IMG/VR virus record: IMGVR_UViG_3300024346_000007
Origin: a virus
Strand: one strand, 5' to 3'
Length of the DNA stretch: 64,000 bases
The notes under the pieces are model-generated. The model saw nothing but the letters and a program-made list of their open reading frames with translations. It did no database searches and was not told the origin of the DNA. Positions 9,485 through 19,406 of this stretch are shown here, in pieces; positions within the stretch are counted from its first letter, which is position 1; each line of letters starts with the position of its first letter. The position numbers and the translations under genes were made by a program.

Positions 9485-11113
9485 TTAGATAGAGGCTAGA
9501 TCAGCTACTGCTATCTTTCCGAAGAATTCAGCACGCAACATTTTCTTAGCATACCTAGTCATCAGACCTTTCCTTGGTGTGAAAGTTTCTGGATCGTAGA
9601 GTAAAGGAGTCATGATCAATGGAATATAAGGAGCGAACACAGCACCTGTTTCAAGGAACTGGCTGCCTTTATAAGCCAAAAGAACAGTGTTTTCATTCAT
9701 GTATGGGTTAACATACACTTTGTAACGGCTATTCAATTGACCAGCTTTGTGTGAACCCATTGCAAACTCTTCTCTGCTACCATCGGTATCAGCGGCATAG
9801 CCAGGGATAGATTCGATGATTGTAGCGATAGAAGGTCCGCACATGATAACGTTAGCTTGTCCACGAAGAGTCTTCTTGTGAATAGTACGAGCTACGCTTT
9901 GGATCTTTGTACCCAATGTAGCAAACCAGCCACCTTGTGTATTGTAGAATCCAGTTGAAGGAGCAGTCCAAGTTCCAGTTGCTTTATTGTAGAACGTATT
10001 GTTCGCAGCAGACCAGAATTCGGTAGTGTTTGCATTTTGGATCAACATGTCGATGATCTCAAGATCGATTTCAAGAGAAATGTACTCAGAAAGAGTTGAA
10101 GTCAATTCAGCTTCAGCATCCAAAGATTGGTATGCGTTCAAATCTTGACTAAATTCCGGAGTCCACTTAGCTTTTAATTTCCTTGTTTTAGCAACAACTG
10201 CCTCAGAACGCATTTCTACGTTGATTTCAGGGATTGCATTAGATCCAGTTAATGGGCTAGATGCTGCATCTTCGAAGTCACCACGGCTGTTATCAGCAGG
10301 TTGCTTTTGATAGAATACTGCTCCAGAACCAGATCCAAGGTTTACTTGACCTGCAGAACCAGATACAACGAAAGAAAGAGTGCCGTTAGAAGCGTATGAA
10401 GTAAACTCAGCAAGCAAGTTGCTTTCGTTAACACCGCTACCAGTTACAACAAATCCACGAACACCGTTAGTATCCATACCAGAAAGCGCAACAGTTGCAG
10501 TTGTGATAGACAACTTACGTAGTTGACCAGCAGCTGCAGAAGCACTGTAAAGAGAATTGAAGTTAACGTCAGCTGCAGATGCAGTTGTGATTACATAGTT
10601 AGCAGAAGCAGAAGCTTCGTTAATTGAGTAACCGAAACGACCAGCACCATAAAGACCACCAGAAGGATCAACATCTTTAACGTTGGTTGTACCATACATG
10701 CTATCACCAGAAGTAAATCTGTTAGCTTGTGCTGTACCTGGTACGTTAGTACCATACTTGAATTCAAGGAAGAATACAAGACCAGCAGGGAGGGTCATTG
10801 GTTGTACACTAACAAATTCTTTAGCAGAAATGTCAGCGAAGATCTTACGCACGAGCGGAAGAGCTACACCAGCCCATTGTTCACCAGAACCAACGGTAAA
10901 AGAACCACCAGTACCAGTTTGAGATTGTTCAACCATAAGCTGTTTAGCTTGGTTTTCGAGGATGATAGCCATACGCTCTTTGCCGTATGGTTGCTTTGAA
11001 AGGTCATTACCTTCCAAAAGACCAGTTTCACCCCACTTCTTAACTAACCTTTGGGCTTCCGTCATTTGGGAAGCGTAAGGATTAGAACTTTCTAAGAGAG
11101 ATTGTACGTTCAT
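9485..11113 (-). CDS. Major capsid protein (T4 gp23-like)
   Basis: LENQ, LPLVRK, VSVQPMTLPAGLVF, AKTRKLKAKWTPEFSQDL, APYIPL, FTPRKGLMTRY motifs. Confidence 0.97.
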   Translation of the reverse strand: MNVQSLLESSNPYASQMTEAQRLVKKWGETGLLEGNDLSKQPYGKERMAIILENQAKQLMVEQSQTGTGGSFTVGSGEQWAGVALPLVRKIFADISAKEFVSVQPMTLPAGLVFFLEFKYGTNVPGTAQANRFTSGDSMYGTTNVKDVDPSGGLYGAGRFGYSINEASASANYVITTASAADVNFNSLYSASAAAGQLRKLSITTATVALSGMDTNGVRGFVVTGSGVNESNLLAEFTSYASNGTLSFVVSGSAGQVNLGSGSGAVFYQKQPADNSRGDFEDAASSPLTGSNAIPEINVEMRSEAVVAKTRKLKAKWTPEFSQDLNAYQSLDAEAELTSTLSEYISLEIDLEIIDMLIQNANTTEFWSAANNTFYNKATGTWTAPSTGFYNTQGGWFATLGTKIQSVARTIHKKTLRGQANVIMCGPSIATIIESIPGYAADTDGSREEFAMGSHKAGQLNSRYKVYVNPYMNENTVLLAYKGSQFLETGAVFAPYIPLIMTPLLYDPETFTPRKGLMTRYAKKMLRAEFFGKIAVADLASI

Positions 11114-11140
11114 TTTCTAATTTTTATTTTTGTTTTTAAA

Positions 11141-12223
11141 TTACTTGATTATACCAGCAAGTTTCTGCCATCTTGATACTTGTTTATCAACATCGCCAAC
11201 TACGCTTTCGTTTATAACACGTTTTGTTGAAGTACCAGCTGCGCTAGAAGCGAAACCGATAGATTCTTTAAGACCGGATTTAACATTATCGTTTTTAACG
11301 CTGAATGCTTGATCCAAAGATTCGTGAACGATCTTTGATTCATTAACAGTTTCAGCTTTGTCAAAAGCACTGATAACTTTAATCTTTTGTTGTTCTGACA
11401 AGTTGTACTTGCGAAGAATTTTATTCAGATAAAGAAGTTTAGCGTTGATCAAATTGGTTTCATTAACCTTTTGAGTTAACTCAGCAGCTTGACGTCTAAT
11501 TTCTTGAAGTTCTTCTGATTCTTTTGGTTCATCTTCTTTCTTTTCTTTAGCAGCTTTAGCTTGCTTCATTTTTTCAAGAAGACTCATCATCTCTTCTTCA
11601 AGAGTTGCAACTTCGTCTTTTTCTTCTTCTTTTTCTTCTTTTTCCTCATCATCATCACCAGCAAGTTCAGCTAAAAGAGCTTGGATATCTATTTCTTCAT
11701 CCATATCTTCTTTAGCTTCTTCTTCTTCGGCATCGTCTTTGTCCTCAGCTTCGTAAACTTCACCATCTTCTTCAGATTCTTTAGCCTCGTAAGCTTCATC
11801 TTCTTCTTCTTCAGGAGCTTCCATTACTTTATCATCTTTACCCATTTCGTCAGCTTCTAATTCTGCTAATAGTTCATCAAGATTGAATCCTTCGTCAGCT
11901 TCGTCTTCTTCAGATGATTTTTTCATTTCTTTTTCTTCTTCTTCTTCTCCTGCTTCATACTCATCACTTTCACCTGCTTCGTGTTCTTTAGATCCATCTT
12001 CTTCAGGTTCAGCAACTTTTTTCTTTTTCTCAAATAAAGCAGCTTCATCTTCCTCTTCGTATTCTTCTTCGAGGTCATCAGCTTCTTCTTCAAGACGTGC
12101 AGTAAGCATAGATTTGATTTTAGAATCAAAAGCTTCGTTTAAACTAGCCTTGGCATTCTCAATAGCCATTTTTTTGATAGCATCCGCATCTGCGATTGCT
12201 TCTTTGAGCAAATTTGTGTTCAT
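11141..12223 (-). CDS. Prohead core/scaffolding protein (gp22-like)
   Basis: Highly acidic coiled coil directly upstream of the capsid gene; NLINAKLLY motif and RWQKLAGI C-terminus. Confidence 0.85.
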   Translation of the reverse strand: MNTNLLKEAIADADAIKKMAIENAKASLNEAFDSKIKSMLTARLEEEADDLEEEYEEEDEAALFEKKKKVAEPEEDGSKEHEAGESDEYEAGEEEEEKEMKKSSEEDEADEGFNLDELLAELEADEMGKDDKVMEAPEEEEDEAYEAKESEEDGEVYEAEDKDDAEEEEAKEDMDEEIDIQALLAELAGDDDEEKEEKEEEKDEVATLEEEMMSLLEKMKQAKAAKEKKEDEPKESEELQEIRRQAAELTQKVNETNLINAKLLYLNKILRKYNLSEQQKIKVISAFDKAETVNESKIVHESLDQAFSVKNDNVKSGLKESIGFASSAAGTSTKRVINESVVGDVDKQVSRWQKLAGIIK

Positions 12224-12376
12224 TTTCCTTAAAATTTGTTTTTTGGATTTACGCCTATTAGAGGTGCAATAGATTTTTTATATTTCAACTCTTTATAGAA
12301 AAGAGTATTAGGCGAATATTTCTATAATAAATATATAGAAATTATAAAAACCAATCTTTTTATAAATATTTTTTAA
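12224..12376 (-). promoter_or_regulatory. Structured leader with late-promoter motifs upstream of scaffold and capsid genes
   Basis: ATATTTAT motifs at 12327-12334 and 12361-12369, plus several inverted repeats. Confidence 0.5.
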
Positions 12377-12985
12377 TTAGCAGTGGCAAACACCGGTATT
12401 ATTGCAAATTAAATCTTTAACTATCTTATCTATACTATCGTATGACTTTTTAGTTGCTTCATATCCTTCTCTGAGGCTTAGGTTGGCCCCTTGGGTTGAT
12501 TCAAAGGACACTAAATCAAAGGTAAGAAGATTAAAATCATCATTAACAGTAACGGTACCATCATGTGATTCTTGTACACTTCCCATACCTCTTGAACTAA
12601 TACCTACTGGAATGCCTCTACGAAGCAATCCTGCGGCTATTCTGCCTGCTGGGAACTCATCTCCGTCTAGTATTTCAATATCTCCACATACATCATCTCC
12701 TTTCCAGTATATCTTCTTGATATTATGTGATACGTTCTTTAGATTCACTACGTTAGAATCACTGTGGTCTAGTTCTCCTAAAGCACGGTTAGCTTTTACC
12801 ATAGTATCATTGTACTTATCTATCTCTCTCCTCAATACATCTGAAGGATATACCCTGCCATTCCTATTTTTAGCATTAGAACGTTGTATAATCACTCCTG
12901 TGATCATCATAGGCTTACCAGGTTCGTATGCTTCTAATAGCTGATTCGGTAATTGTATCTGATGGTATTCTGTAAGTACTTGCAT
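12377..12985 (-). CDS. Prohead protease (T4 gp21-like)
   Basis: KNRNGRVYP, ALGELDH, VSHNI, GISSRGMGS, FDLV motifs. Confidence 0.95.
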   Translation of the reverse strand: MQVLTEYHQIQLPNQLLEAYEPGKPMMITGVIIQRSNAKNRNGRVYPSDVLRREIDKYNDTMVKANRALGELDHSDSNVVNLKNVSHNIKKIYWKGDDVCGDIEILDGDEFPAGRIAAGLLRRGIPVGISSRGMGSVQESHDGTVTVNDDFNLLTFDLVSFESTQGANLSLREGYEATKKSYDSIDKIVKDLICNNTGVCHC

Positions 12986-12996
12986 GTTGTATATAA

Positions 12997-15852
12997 TTAT
13001 ATTCCTTTTATTTTTTTGAAAATCATTTCATCTGTAACATTTTTTTCATCATTAGGGTCCTTATTGTCATCAGATATTCCTTTAGCTTGCCTAAACACAG
13101 ATATTAAACCTTCTGCATTTTTTGCACTTCCCTTTGCTTTTATAGCATCTTTAAGCTGCGGTGTTATATTAGCAACCAATCTATCTAACTGGTCAGCTCC
13201 TTGACCTTTAGTTGCCACTGGCCCTTGTTCAGCTACTCTACCGCCTCTAGCAGTCAAAGAGTCTGGATTGTATGGCTGTGTAAGCTGTGATCCTAATGGA
13301 GAGTCAGAAGCATAGTCTAATTGATCTAGATCTGATACTTGATACCCTTCTGGTGCATATGAATTGAATATTGCTATTGCATCTACGCCCATTGCTTGTA
13401 GTTCATGTACTAGTTTAGATACTATAGCATGTTTAGCACTGCCGTTAGCGTGTGTGTAAGGATTATCACTGTCTTGAAAACCCCAATCATACTTCTTTAG
13501 ATACTCTTCAAGACGCTTTTTTTTTACATCTTTACCTTGATATCCCCAATACTGGCTTACTTCGGCTTCTTTGATTGCCTCACGAATACGCTTACGAATA
13601 TATGATTCCATTGCCTCGTTAGCAGGGCTAGGAAATACTTTATCTAGTACTTTATTAAGAGGATCCATTGTATCTTGTATCTTTGTAACCTTCTTATCTG
13701 GGGCTTCGTATGTACCTGTAACGTTTCCGTTTTTAGTTCCAACAAACATTGCTTTTCCAGCACTAGTCAATTCTACTATTAGTTCATTTTTATCTTTATT
13801 GAACATAGCACTTTTTACAGTATCTGATACGTTTAATGTTTTGTCTGCGTCTGTAGGGTCTTGTATTATAAAAGAGACTCTAGAAGTTTCTATTTTTTTC
13901 TTATCTTCTTTAGATAAGTCTTCATCTATGTCCACTCTTTTCGCTTTCATTTCTGCTTTTTGATAAACAGAATATCCAGGTCCCATTTTTTTAGCTATTT
14001 CCATAGCTTCTACTCTATCATCGGTTCCAAGAGGCCCACCATCAGCATCTCTCAATAATCTACCGTTTGGATACTTCTCCGTATCATTTTTATCTACTAT
14101 ATAATATTTGTACGTTAGATCAGATGGGTTTATAGTTGCCATTTTAACTCCCATATTAACAGGTACGCTTATAAACCTACCCATTTGCTTAACAGTTTTC
14201 ATTTCTGGCTTTTCTGCCTTTACTTTATCTTGAGTAGCTTTTTCTTTACCGGGTTCAGATCTAAAAGTAGTTAGTACTTTTGTAAGATCACTTTTTTGAC
14301 CTACTGGGCTTTTGCTTTTTAATACTATGCTTCCTTTTCTAACTGGGCCAACAGACATCTTTTGGTTAAATTGAAGAGGTACTCCAACTTCAATATCTTC
14401 AAAAGCTATATCTTTATTGTCAGGATCAGACTTAACAAATTTAAGTATCTGACCTACACTCATGTCTGCTACATTTTCTTTTCCGCCATCTATTGTTAGC
14501 CCTACTTTATACTTAGGACCTTCATCAGCTTTAGCTATAGTTGGCTCATCTACTGGTTTATCTTTAGAAGCTTTTGGCTCTTCCTTATAATCTTCAATAG
14601 ATTTAAATCCGCTTTCTAAACCTTTTGCAGATTTAAAGTTTCTAACTTGAGTATCTGTGAGACTTATAATATACTCCCCTGTAGCTGTTTCTCCTTTATC
14701 ATCAATATTCTTTTTAGCTACTTTACTGTTAATTAAAGTACCATCTAGTTTGCTTCCTGGAATGGTTTTAATTAGATACTTCTTCCTTGCTTCTTCCTCG
14801 TTTAAAAAAGAACTTTCTTTAAGGCTTTTCATATTATCGTATATTAATTTTATCATTTTATATAGGTCACCTTTATTATCTTTGTCTAATCTATTTTTTA
14901 TTATATACTCTATAGCAGCATCTCTTTCTGATTCTTTTTCTATAGAATCAAACAACTTATTCAGAAATATTTTTATAGAGTTTCCTACTTCTTCTTTTGC
15001 TTTTTTCTTTTCTGCGTCTGGTATTGATGTTGTTTTTGATAGATCATAATTGTTTTTTATCTTATTTAATATTCTATCATTGTCTAATACAAACCCAGAG
15101 GCAGCTGCTTTATCTTCTTTAGAAAAATTATCTGCTACATCCGTTGTTTTAGAAGCTTGGGGCTCCGGTATTTCCTCATCTGCTGGTTCTTCCATGTCAG
15201 CTTCATCATAAAGAAAACTAAGATCTACGTCTAGAGGCTCTTCTTCATCACCAGTTGATGTAGCAGGTGTTGATTTTACCCTCTTAAGTTTTTGCTTTTC
15301 TCTATCAGTTAAAAAACTATTAAAAGTAAATAAGTCCATAGGCCTTTTACTTAAACCTTCAGAAATATCTTTTATAGGAACTAGTACTAGCTTTATCTTA
15401 TCTTTTTGTTCATTAGTTAATCCTTTAACTACATCCTCTTTTAGATATATGTAATAAGTATGGTCCGCACCAGTCCTTCTTCCAAATCTAGCCTTTGGTA
15501 TAGTTATATAGTATATGTCTATGTAATGATTAGGTTCTGAGCTGGTAGGTGATACTAAGGTCGATACTTTAGGATTTACATTTTGTTTTAGATCTTTAAA
15601 ATCTTGCTCTGAAATAGACCTATATATAGTGTATATTTTTTGACGTACCCCTTTAGTAAGGTTGTTAAATCTTATTTCGTGTACCGATCCTGCCTTATAT
15701 GAAGATTTTAACCCTTCTGGGTTTATATTTAATCCGTATGTTTTTGAAGCTTTTTTAGGAGGCTCCATTTCATCCCTCGTCCGTCTCTTCCTTTTTATAG
15801 GATCTTCTTCGGCTTCGTTAAAGAAATCATATATTTCAGACTGTAGGCCCAT
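12997..15852 (-). CDS. Large Lys/Glu-rich hypothetical protein, probable internal head protein
   Basis: 951 aa, highly charged, between portal and protease, with several internal LxE/IxE clusters. Confidence 0.6.
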   Translation of the reverse strand: MGLQSEIYDFFNEAEEDPIKRKRRTRDEMEPPKKASKTYGLNINPEGLKSSYKAGSVHEIRFNNLTKGVRQKIYTIYRSISEQDFKDLKQNVNPKVSTLVSPTSSEPNHYIDIYYITIPKARFGRRTGADHTYYIYLKEDVVKGLTNEQKDKIKLVLVPIKDISEGLSKRPMDLFTFNSFLTDREKQKLKRVKSTPATSTGDEEEPLDVDLSFLYDEADMEEPADEEIPEPQASKTTDVADNFSKEDKAAASGFVLDNDRILNKIKNNYDLSKTTSIPDAEKKKAKEEVGNSIKIFLNKLFDSIEKESERDAAIEYIIKNRLDKDNKGDLYKMIKLIYDNMKSLKESSFLNEEEARKKYLIKTIPGSKLDGTLINSKVAKKNIDDKGETATGEYIISLTDTQVRNFKSAKGLESGFKSIEDYKEEPKASKDKPVDEPTIAKADEGPKYKVGLTIDGGKENVADMSVGQILKFVKSDPDNKDIAFEDIEVGVPLQFNQKMSVGPVRKGSIVLKSKSPVGQKSDLTKVLTTFRSEPGKEKATQDKVKAEKPEMKTVKQMGRFISVPVNMGVKMATINPSDLTYKYYIVDKNDTEKYPNGRLLRDADGGPLGTDDRVEAMEIAKKMGPGYSVYQKAEMKAKRVDIDEDLSKEDKKKIETSRVSFIIQDPTDADKTLNVSDTVKSAMFNKDKNELIVELTSAGKAMFVGTKNGNVTGTYEAPDKKVTKIQDTMDPLNKVLDKVFPSPANEAMESYIRKRIREAIKEAEVSQYWGYQGKDVKKKRLEEYLKKYDWGFQDSDNPYTHANGSAKHAIVSKLVHELQAMGVDAIAIFNSYAPEGYQVSDLDQLDYASDSPLGSQLTQPYNPDSLTARGGRVAEQGPVATKGQGADQLDRLVANITPQLKDAIKAKGSAKNAEGLISVFRQAKGISDDNKDPNDEKNVTDEMIFKKIKGI

Positions 15853-15853
15853 C

Positions 15854-16408
15854 CTATTTGTCCTTTTTAGGAGCTTTTTTCTTAGGGGCGTTCTTCATTT
15901 GATTTTCCTTATCTTTAAAATTATTCTTTTTAATTTCAATAGGAAGATCATTACGATTCTTTTTCTTCGCTTTGTACTCGATCATATCAAGACGAGTATA
16001 ATAGTTTGGATCCTCAGCAAGATGGTCTAAAGCGATTTCTTTTGCTTTATCAATGTCGTCAGTATGCTCAAGCTCATGCTTCCATCCTTTCGTAAACTCA
16101 TAATAGTTTACATCATCAGCTGTTAGCTTATCTCCTTTACCACCTTTAAGTTTTTGCTTTTTACCTTCGGTAAGAGATTCCTGTAGTGCTTTAAACGCAC
16201 TAAAGAAATTATAGCCAGTCTTTATTTCTGATTTAGCGTTGGGGTCAGATATGTGTCCTCTTCCTTTCAATTTAGATACAGTATCTTTATATGACATTGT
16301 GTTGGTCAACATATCATTGTACGTAGGGTTTCTCCTAACGTGCCAAAGAAATTCTGATTCAGTCATTTGCTCATTCAATACCTTTTGGTATAATTGCTGT
16401 GTTGTCAT
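15854..16408 (-). CDS. DUF5661-like protein
   Basis: GWKHELEHTDDIDKAKEIALDHLAEDPNYYTRL matches the ExEH...IAxDHLxExxxYY family. Confidence 0.7.
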   Translation of the reverse strand: MTTQQLYQKVLNEQMTESEFLWHVRRNPTYNDMLTNTMSYKDTVSKLKGRGHISDPNAKSEIKTGYNFFSAFKALQESLTEGKKQKLKGGKGDKLTADDVNYYEFTKGWKHELEHTDDIDKAKEIALDHLAEDPNYYTRLDMIEYKAKKKNRNDLPIEIKKNNFKDKENQMKNAPKKKAPKKDK

Positions 16409-16641
16409 TATAGTTCCTTTTTAAATAGTCTTTTATATTCTAGAGCTAAGTCAATATCTTCAGACTCAGCAACTTTTTTCTTCATTAATCCTTTTTTTCT
16501 CTTAGCCTTAGTCCCACCTGCACCGCCAAACCCAAATTTAGTAGCCATGCCTTCTCCTTCTCCTGGATTAGCATGTCCTTGATCTGCTGCTGGAGCTCCT
16601 CCGCCTGTAGAAGACATCTCTTTCATATCTTTCTTAGACAT
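16408..16641 (-). CDS. Small hypothetical head-cluster protein
   Basis: 77 aa, Gly/Lys-rich, coupled to neighbours. Confidence 0.6.
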   Translation of the reverse strand: MSKKDMKEMSSTGGGAPAADQGHANPGEGEGMATKFGFGGAGGTKAKRKKGLMKKKVAESEDIDLALEYKRLFKKEL

Positions 16642-17476
16642 TTTCCATCTCTTTTTCTAGTTCATAATAATGAAGTAGGTTTTCTAAGTCTAGATCACAA
16701 ACTTGCTTGTGTTGTGGTATAGGCTTTATTATGTTTACTACTTCCTGTAGCTTAACTTTCCTCACTTCATCTGATATTTTAGATGATAGATTGGTTAATT
16801 TAGTCTTTAGTTTTGTAAATTCTTCATTTACATATTCTTTAAAAGTATCAGGAGTTGATATATTATTTATATATTCTTTTAAAAGCTTCTTCTGTTTTGA
16901 GTTAAACTGAGTATACTTCTCGTTGAATTTCTGTACCATTAGCTTATACACTAAAGCTTTGGTGCCTTTATCGTAACCCTCGTATTCTTCCAATACCGGG
17001 TCTTTGCTCTTGGTTTTTACACCATCGCAAATGTCTTCCATAATGGAAAACTTATATTTCACTTGGTTTTCAGGATCAATATTGTCAGATTGGTACATCT
17101 CAAACATCATATATACAGATGCTAAAGTCTTGTAGTTGTCAATCTTAGATTTAAAGAACTCCTCAATGTCGTAGTTCTCCTTAATCTGAGATATTAGCTT
17201 ATACTTTTGAGTATTTAGAAGGCTCTTATTAAGCTTCTTATGTGCTTCTATAGCAGATTCTATGACAATATTGGCTTTTGCTTCGGATAGGTTCTTGTTG
17301 TTCAAAAGAGCCTTGTATATCTTATACTCCTTAGCAATAGCGTTATTGTTAAAGTTGTTTTTCAGAATGTCCACGGCTTTGGATTCCCTGTTATTAAGCG
17401 TATCACTAGTGATTTGCCTAACAAGCAATTCAAACAAAAGGCCGGTATTCCGAAGTTTATTATGTTTAAGCTTCAT
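16634..17476 (-). CDS. Conserved hypothetical protein downstream of portal
   Basis: 280 aa helical protein starting MKLKHNKLRNTGLLFELLVRQ; own ATATTTATA motif at 17492-17500. Confidence 0.7.
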   Translation of the reverse strand: MKLKHNKLRNTGLLFELLVRQITSDTLNNRESKAVDILKNNFNNNAIAKEYKIYKALLNNKNLSEAKANIVIESAIEAHKKLNKSLLNTQKYKLISQIKENYDIEEFFKSKIDNYKTLASVYMMFEMYQSDNIDPENQVKYKFSIMEDICDGVKTKSKDPVLEEYEGYDKGTKALVYKLMVQKFNEKYTQFNSKQKKLLKEYINNISTPDTFKEYVNEEFTKLKTKLTNLSSKISDEVRKVKLQEVVNIIKPIPQHKQVCDLDLENLLHYYELEKEMENV

Positions 17477-17502
17477 TGTATATTGATCTTCTATAAATAT
17501 TA

Positions 17503-19359
17503 CTAAATATCGTGATTAATAAGGTTACTTTCATCTAATAGCCCTGATTCTTGATCTTTTTGTTCATATAGAACAATTTTCTTTTTTCTTTTGCCTTCTA
17601 GGCCTCTCAGAGCGGACTCTAATGCAAACGGTTTTACTTTATCTACCCTAGTTTTGTCAAACGGAGTGTCTGGTTTCATACCTTTAGAACCTAGCGGATC
17701 CCTACCAAAAGCAGATTTATCGCTTTTAAATATAGATGCTTTCTCTTTAGGTCTGCCTACTGGGTTTTTTTCAAACTCATCGTATGGATCTGGCACATCT
17801 AGATTAGGATCTTCCTTCCCACCATCTGAATATACAGATGCTAAGTCGTGTGGCGTACCATAAGACTCTCCAGAGATAGAAGGGTCGTTACCTTCATTTT
17901 CTATTTGGTTATATCTGAAGGTTCTCTTGACGTCTTCTGCTATAAGATCTCTCTGTTCGTTAATCTGATCTTCGGACATCTGGAATATCTTATCTCCGAC
18001 CCAATCAGAAGAGAATAGCTTCTTATCCATGATATTTCCAGCAAGATCAACCTTCTCTTTAAGGAGGGCTATCTTTTCTTGTTCGTAGATTATCGATGGG
18101 TTATTCAATTCAAGGTTAAAATTAAGAAGATCAGCGTCTTCAAAACCTTGAACATATAGATGAATTATCGCTATTTTTTCTAATTCACTGATTATAATCC
18201 TCTGTAAACGTTCAACTGTGCGACTAAACCTTACATCTAATGCACTAATAGTTGATTTACCGTTAAGCTCGTCTGAGTAGTTTAGGAACGATTTAGGCAC
18301 TTTCATAGAACCTAGCATAAGATCCCTAAGGAACTCAACGTCTTCTATACCAGCGTACTCTAAGCCTTTTGTAGTGTCTATCTTTGTAGTATTGTCTCCA
18401 GGTCTTACAGGGATGTAGAAGTCTTCCATCATGTTCTGTACATTGAACTTCAGGTTATAGTCTCCTGTTTGTTGATCTACAAATGGAGTTTTCTTCATTC
18501 CAGTAATAGTCTGTTGTACAAACGCATTAACTTCATTAGGAGGTATATTACCTACGTTAATGTAGAATACACGCTTCTCAGGAGCCCTCATAATCCTATG
18601 CAATAGCATAGCATCCATCATAAGGGTATACTGCTTAAAATACTTCCTTGCAGGCTCTATATAAGATCTACCAAAAGGAAGATAGTTTGTATCAGTTAAT
18701 AATCTAAAGTGAGCTATCTCAAAGTTCTCAAAAGACTCTTTATTTTTAGTAGCAGTGGTTCCACCAGCTACAGCAACTGGGTCATATATGAATTTAATAT
18801 ATGATGGGTTATTTGGATCTTGTCCTTCTTCACGAATCATATCATATACTGATAAAGGTCTTACCCCATATACTCCAAACTTCTCAGCAATATCTAATTT
18901 CAAAAAGAAGTCACCATATTTACACATAGACCTTATCCACATAGGTAGATTAAATTCTACATTTAATACCTGATAGAATAGATTGTATAAGATTTTCTGG
19001 ATATTCTCATTAGAACTTCTGATCTTTAGAACTTCGTTAGTGTCTCCTTTTAGGGTAGCTTCTTCACATAATATATCCAGTACTGAAGATACTAGACCGT
19101 CTGTGTCCATGGCTTCATAGTCTGCGTACAACTGGAGTCTTAGAGTTTGGTAGTTTAACGTTGGGTTAAACTGCATCCTTTGACCTGCTTTATGTAGCCT
19201 TGTGAATCTATCTACTAGAGAGTTTGTCTGCAGCTGTCCGAAAGATTGTATTCTCTCTACGTCCATTACTCGCAGCTGCTTACCTCCAACATTTCTTACG
19301 ACAACGTCAGTGGAGAATAAACGTTTGAGCCTGGGAAAAAGCGACTTATCTACCGGCAT
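17503..19359 (-). CDS. Portal protein (T4 gp20-like)
   Basis: YEAMD, RIMRAPEKRVFYINVGNIPP, EDFYIPVR, DVRFSRTVERLQ motifs. Confidence 0.95.
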   Translation of the reverse strand: MPVDKSLFPRLKRLFSTDVVVRNVGGKQLRVMDVERIQSFGQLQTNSLVDRFTRLHKAGQRMQFNPTLNYQTLRLQLYADYEAMDTDGLVSSVLDILCEEATLKGDTNEVLKIRSSNENIQKILYNLFYQVLNVEFNLPMWIRSMCKYGDFFLKLDIAEKFGVYGVRPLSVYDMIREEGQDPNNPSYIKFIYDPVAVAGGTTATKNKESFENFEIAHFRLLTDTNYLPFGRSYIEPARKYFKQYTLMMDAMLLHRIMRAPEKRVFYINVGNIPPNEVNAFVQQTITGMKKTPFVDQQTGDYNLKFNVQNMMEDFYIPVRPGDNTTKIDTTKGLEYAGIEDVEFLRDLMLGSMKVPKSFLNYSDELNGKSTISALDVRFSRTVERLQRIIISELEKIAIIHLYVQGFEDADLLNFNLELNNPSIIYEQEKIALLKEKVDLAGNIMDKKLFSSDWVGDKIFQMSEDQINEQRDLIAEDVKRTFRYNQIENEGNDPSISGESYGTPHDLASVYSDGGKEDPNLDVPDPYDEFEKNPVGRPKEKASIFKSDKSAFGRDPLGSKGMKPDTPFDKTRVDKVKPFALESALRGLEGKRKKKIVLYEQKDQESGLLDESNLINHDI

Positions 19360-19406
19360 AATTATTAGTAATTTATCATTTTAATATATATAAATATCGA
19401 GTATTA

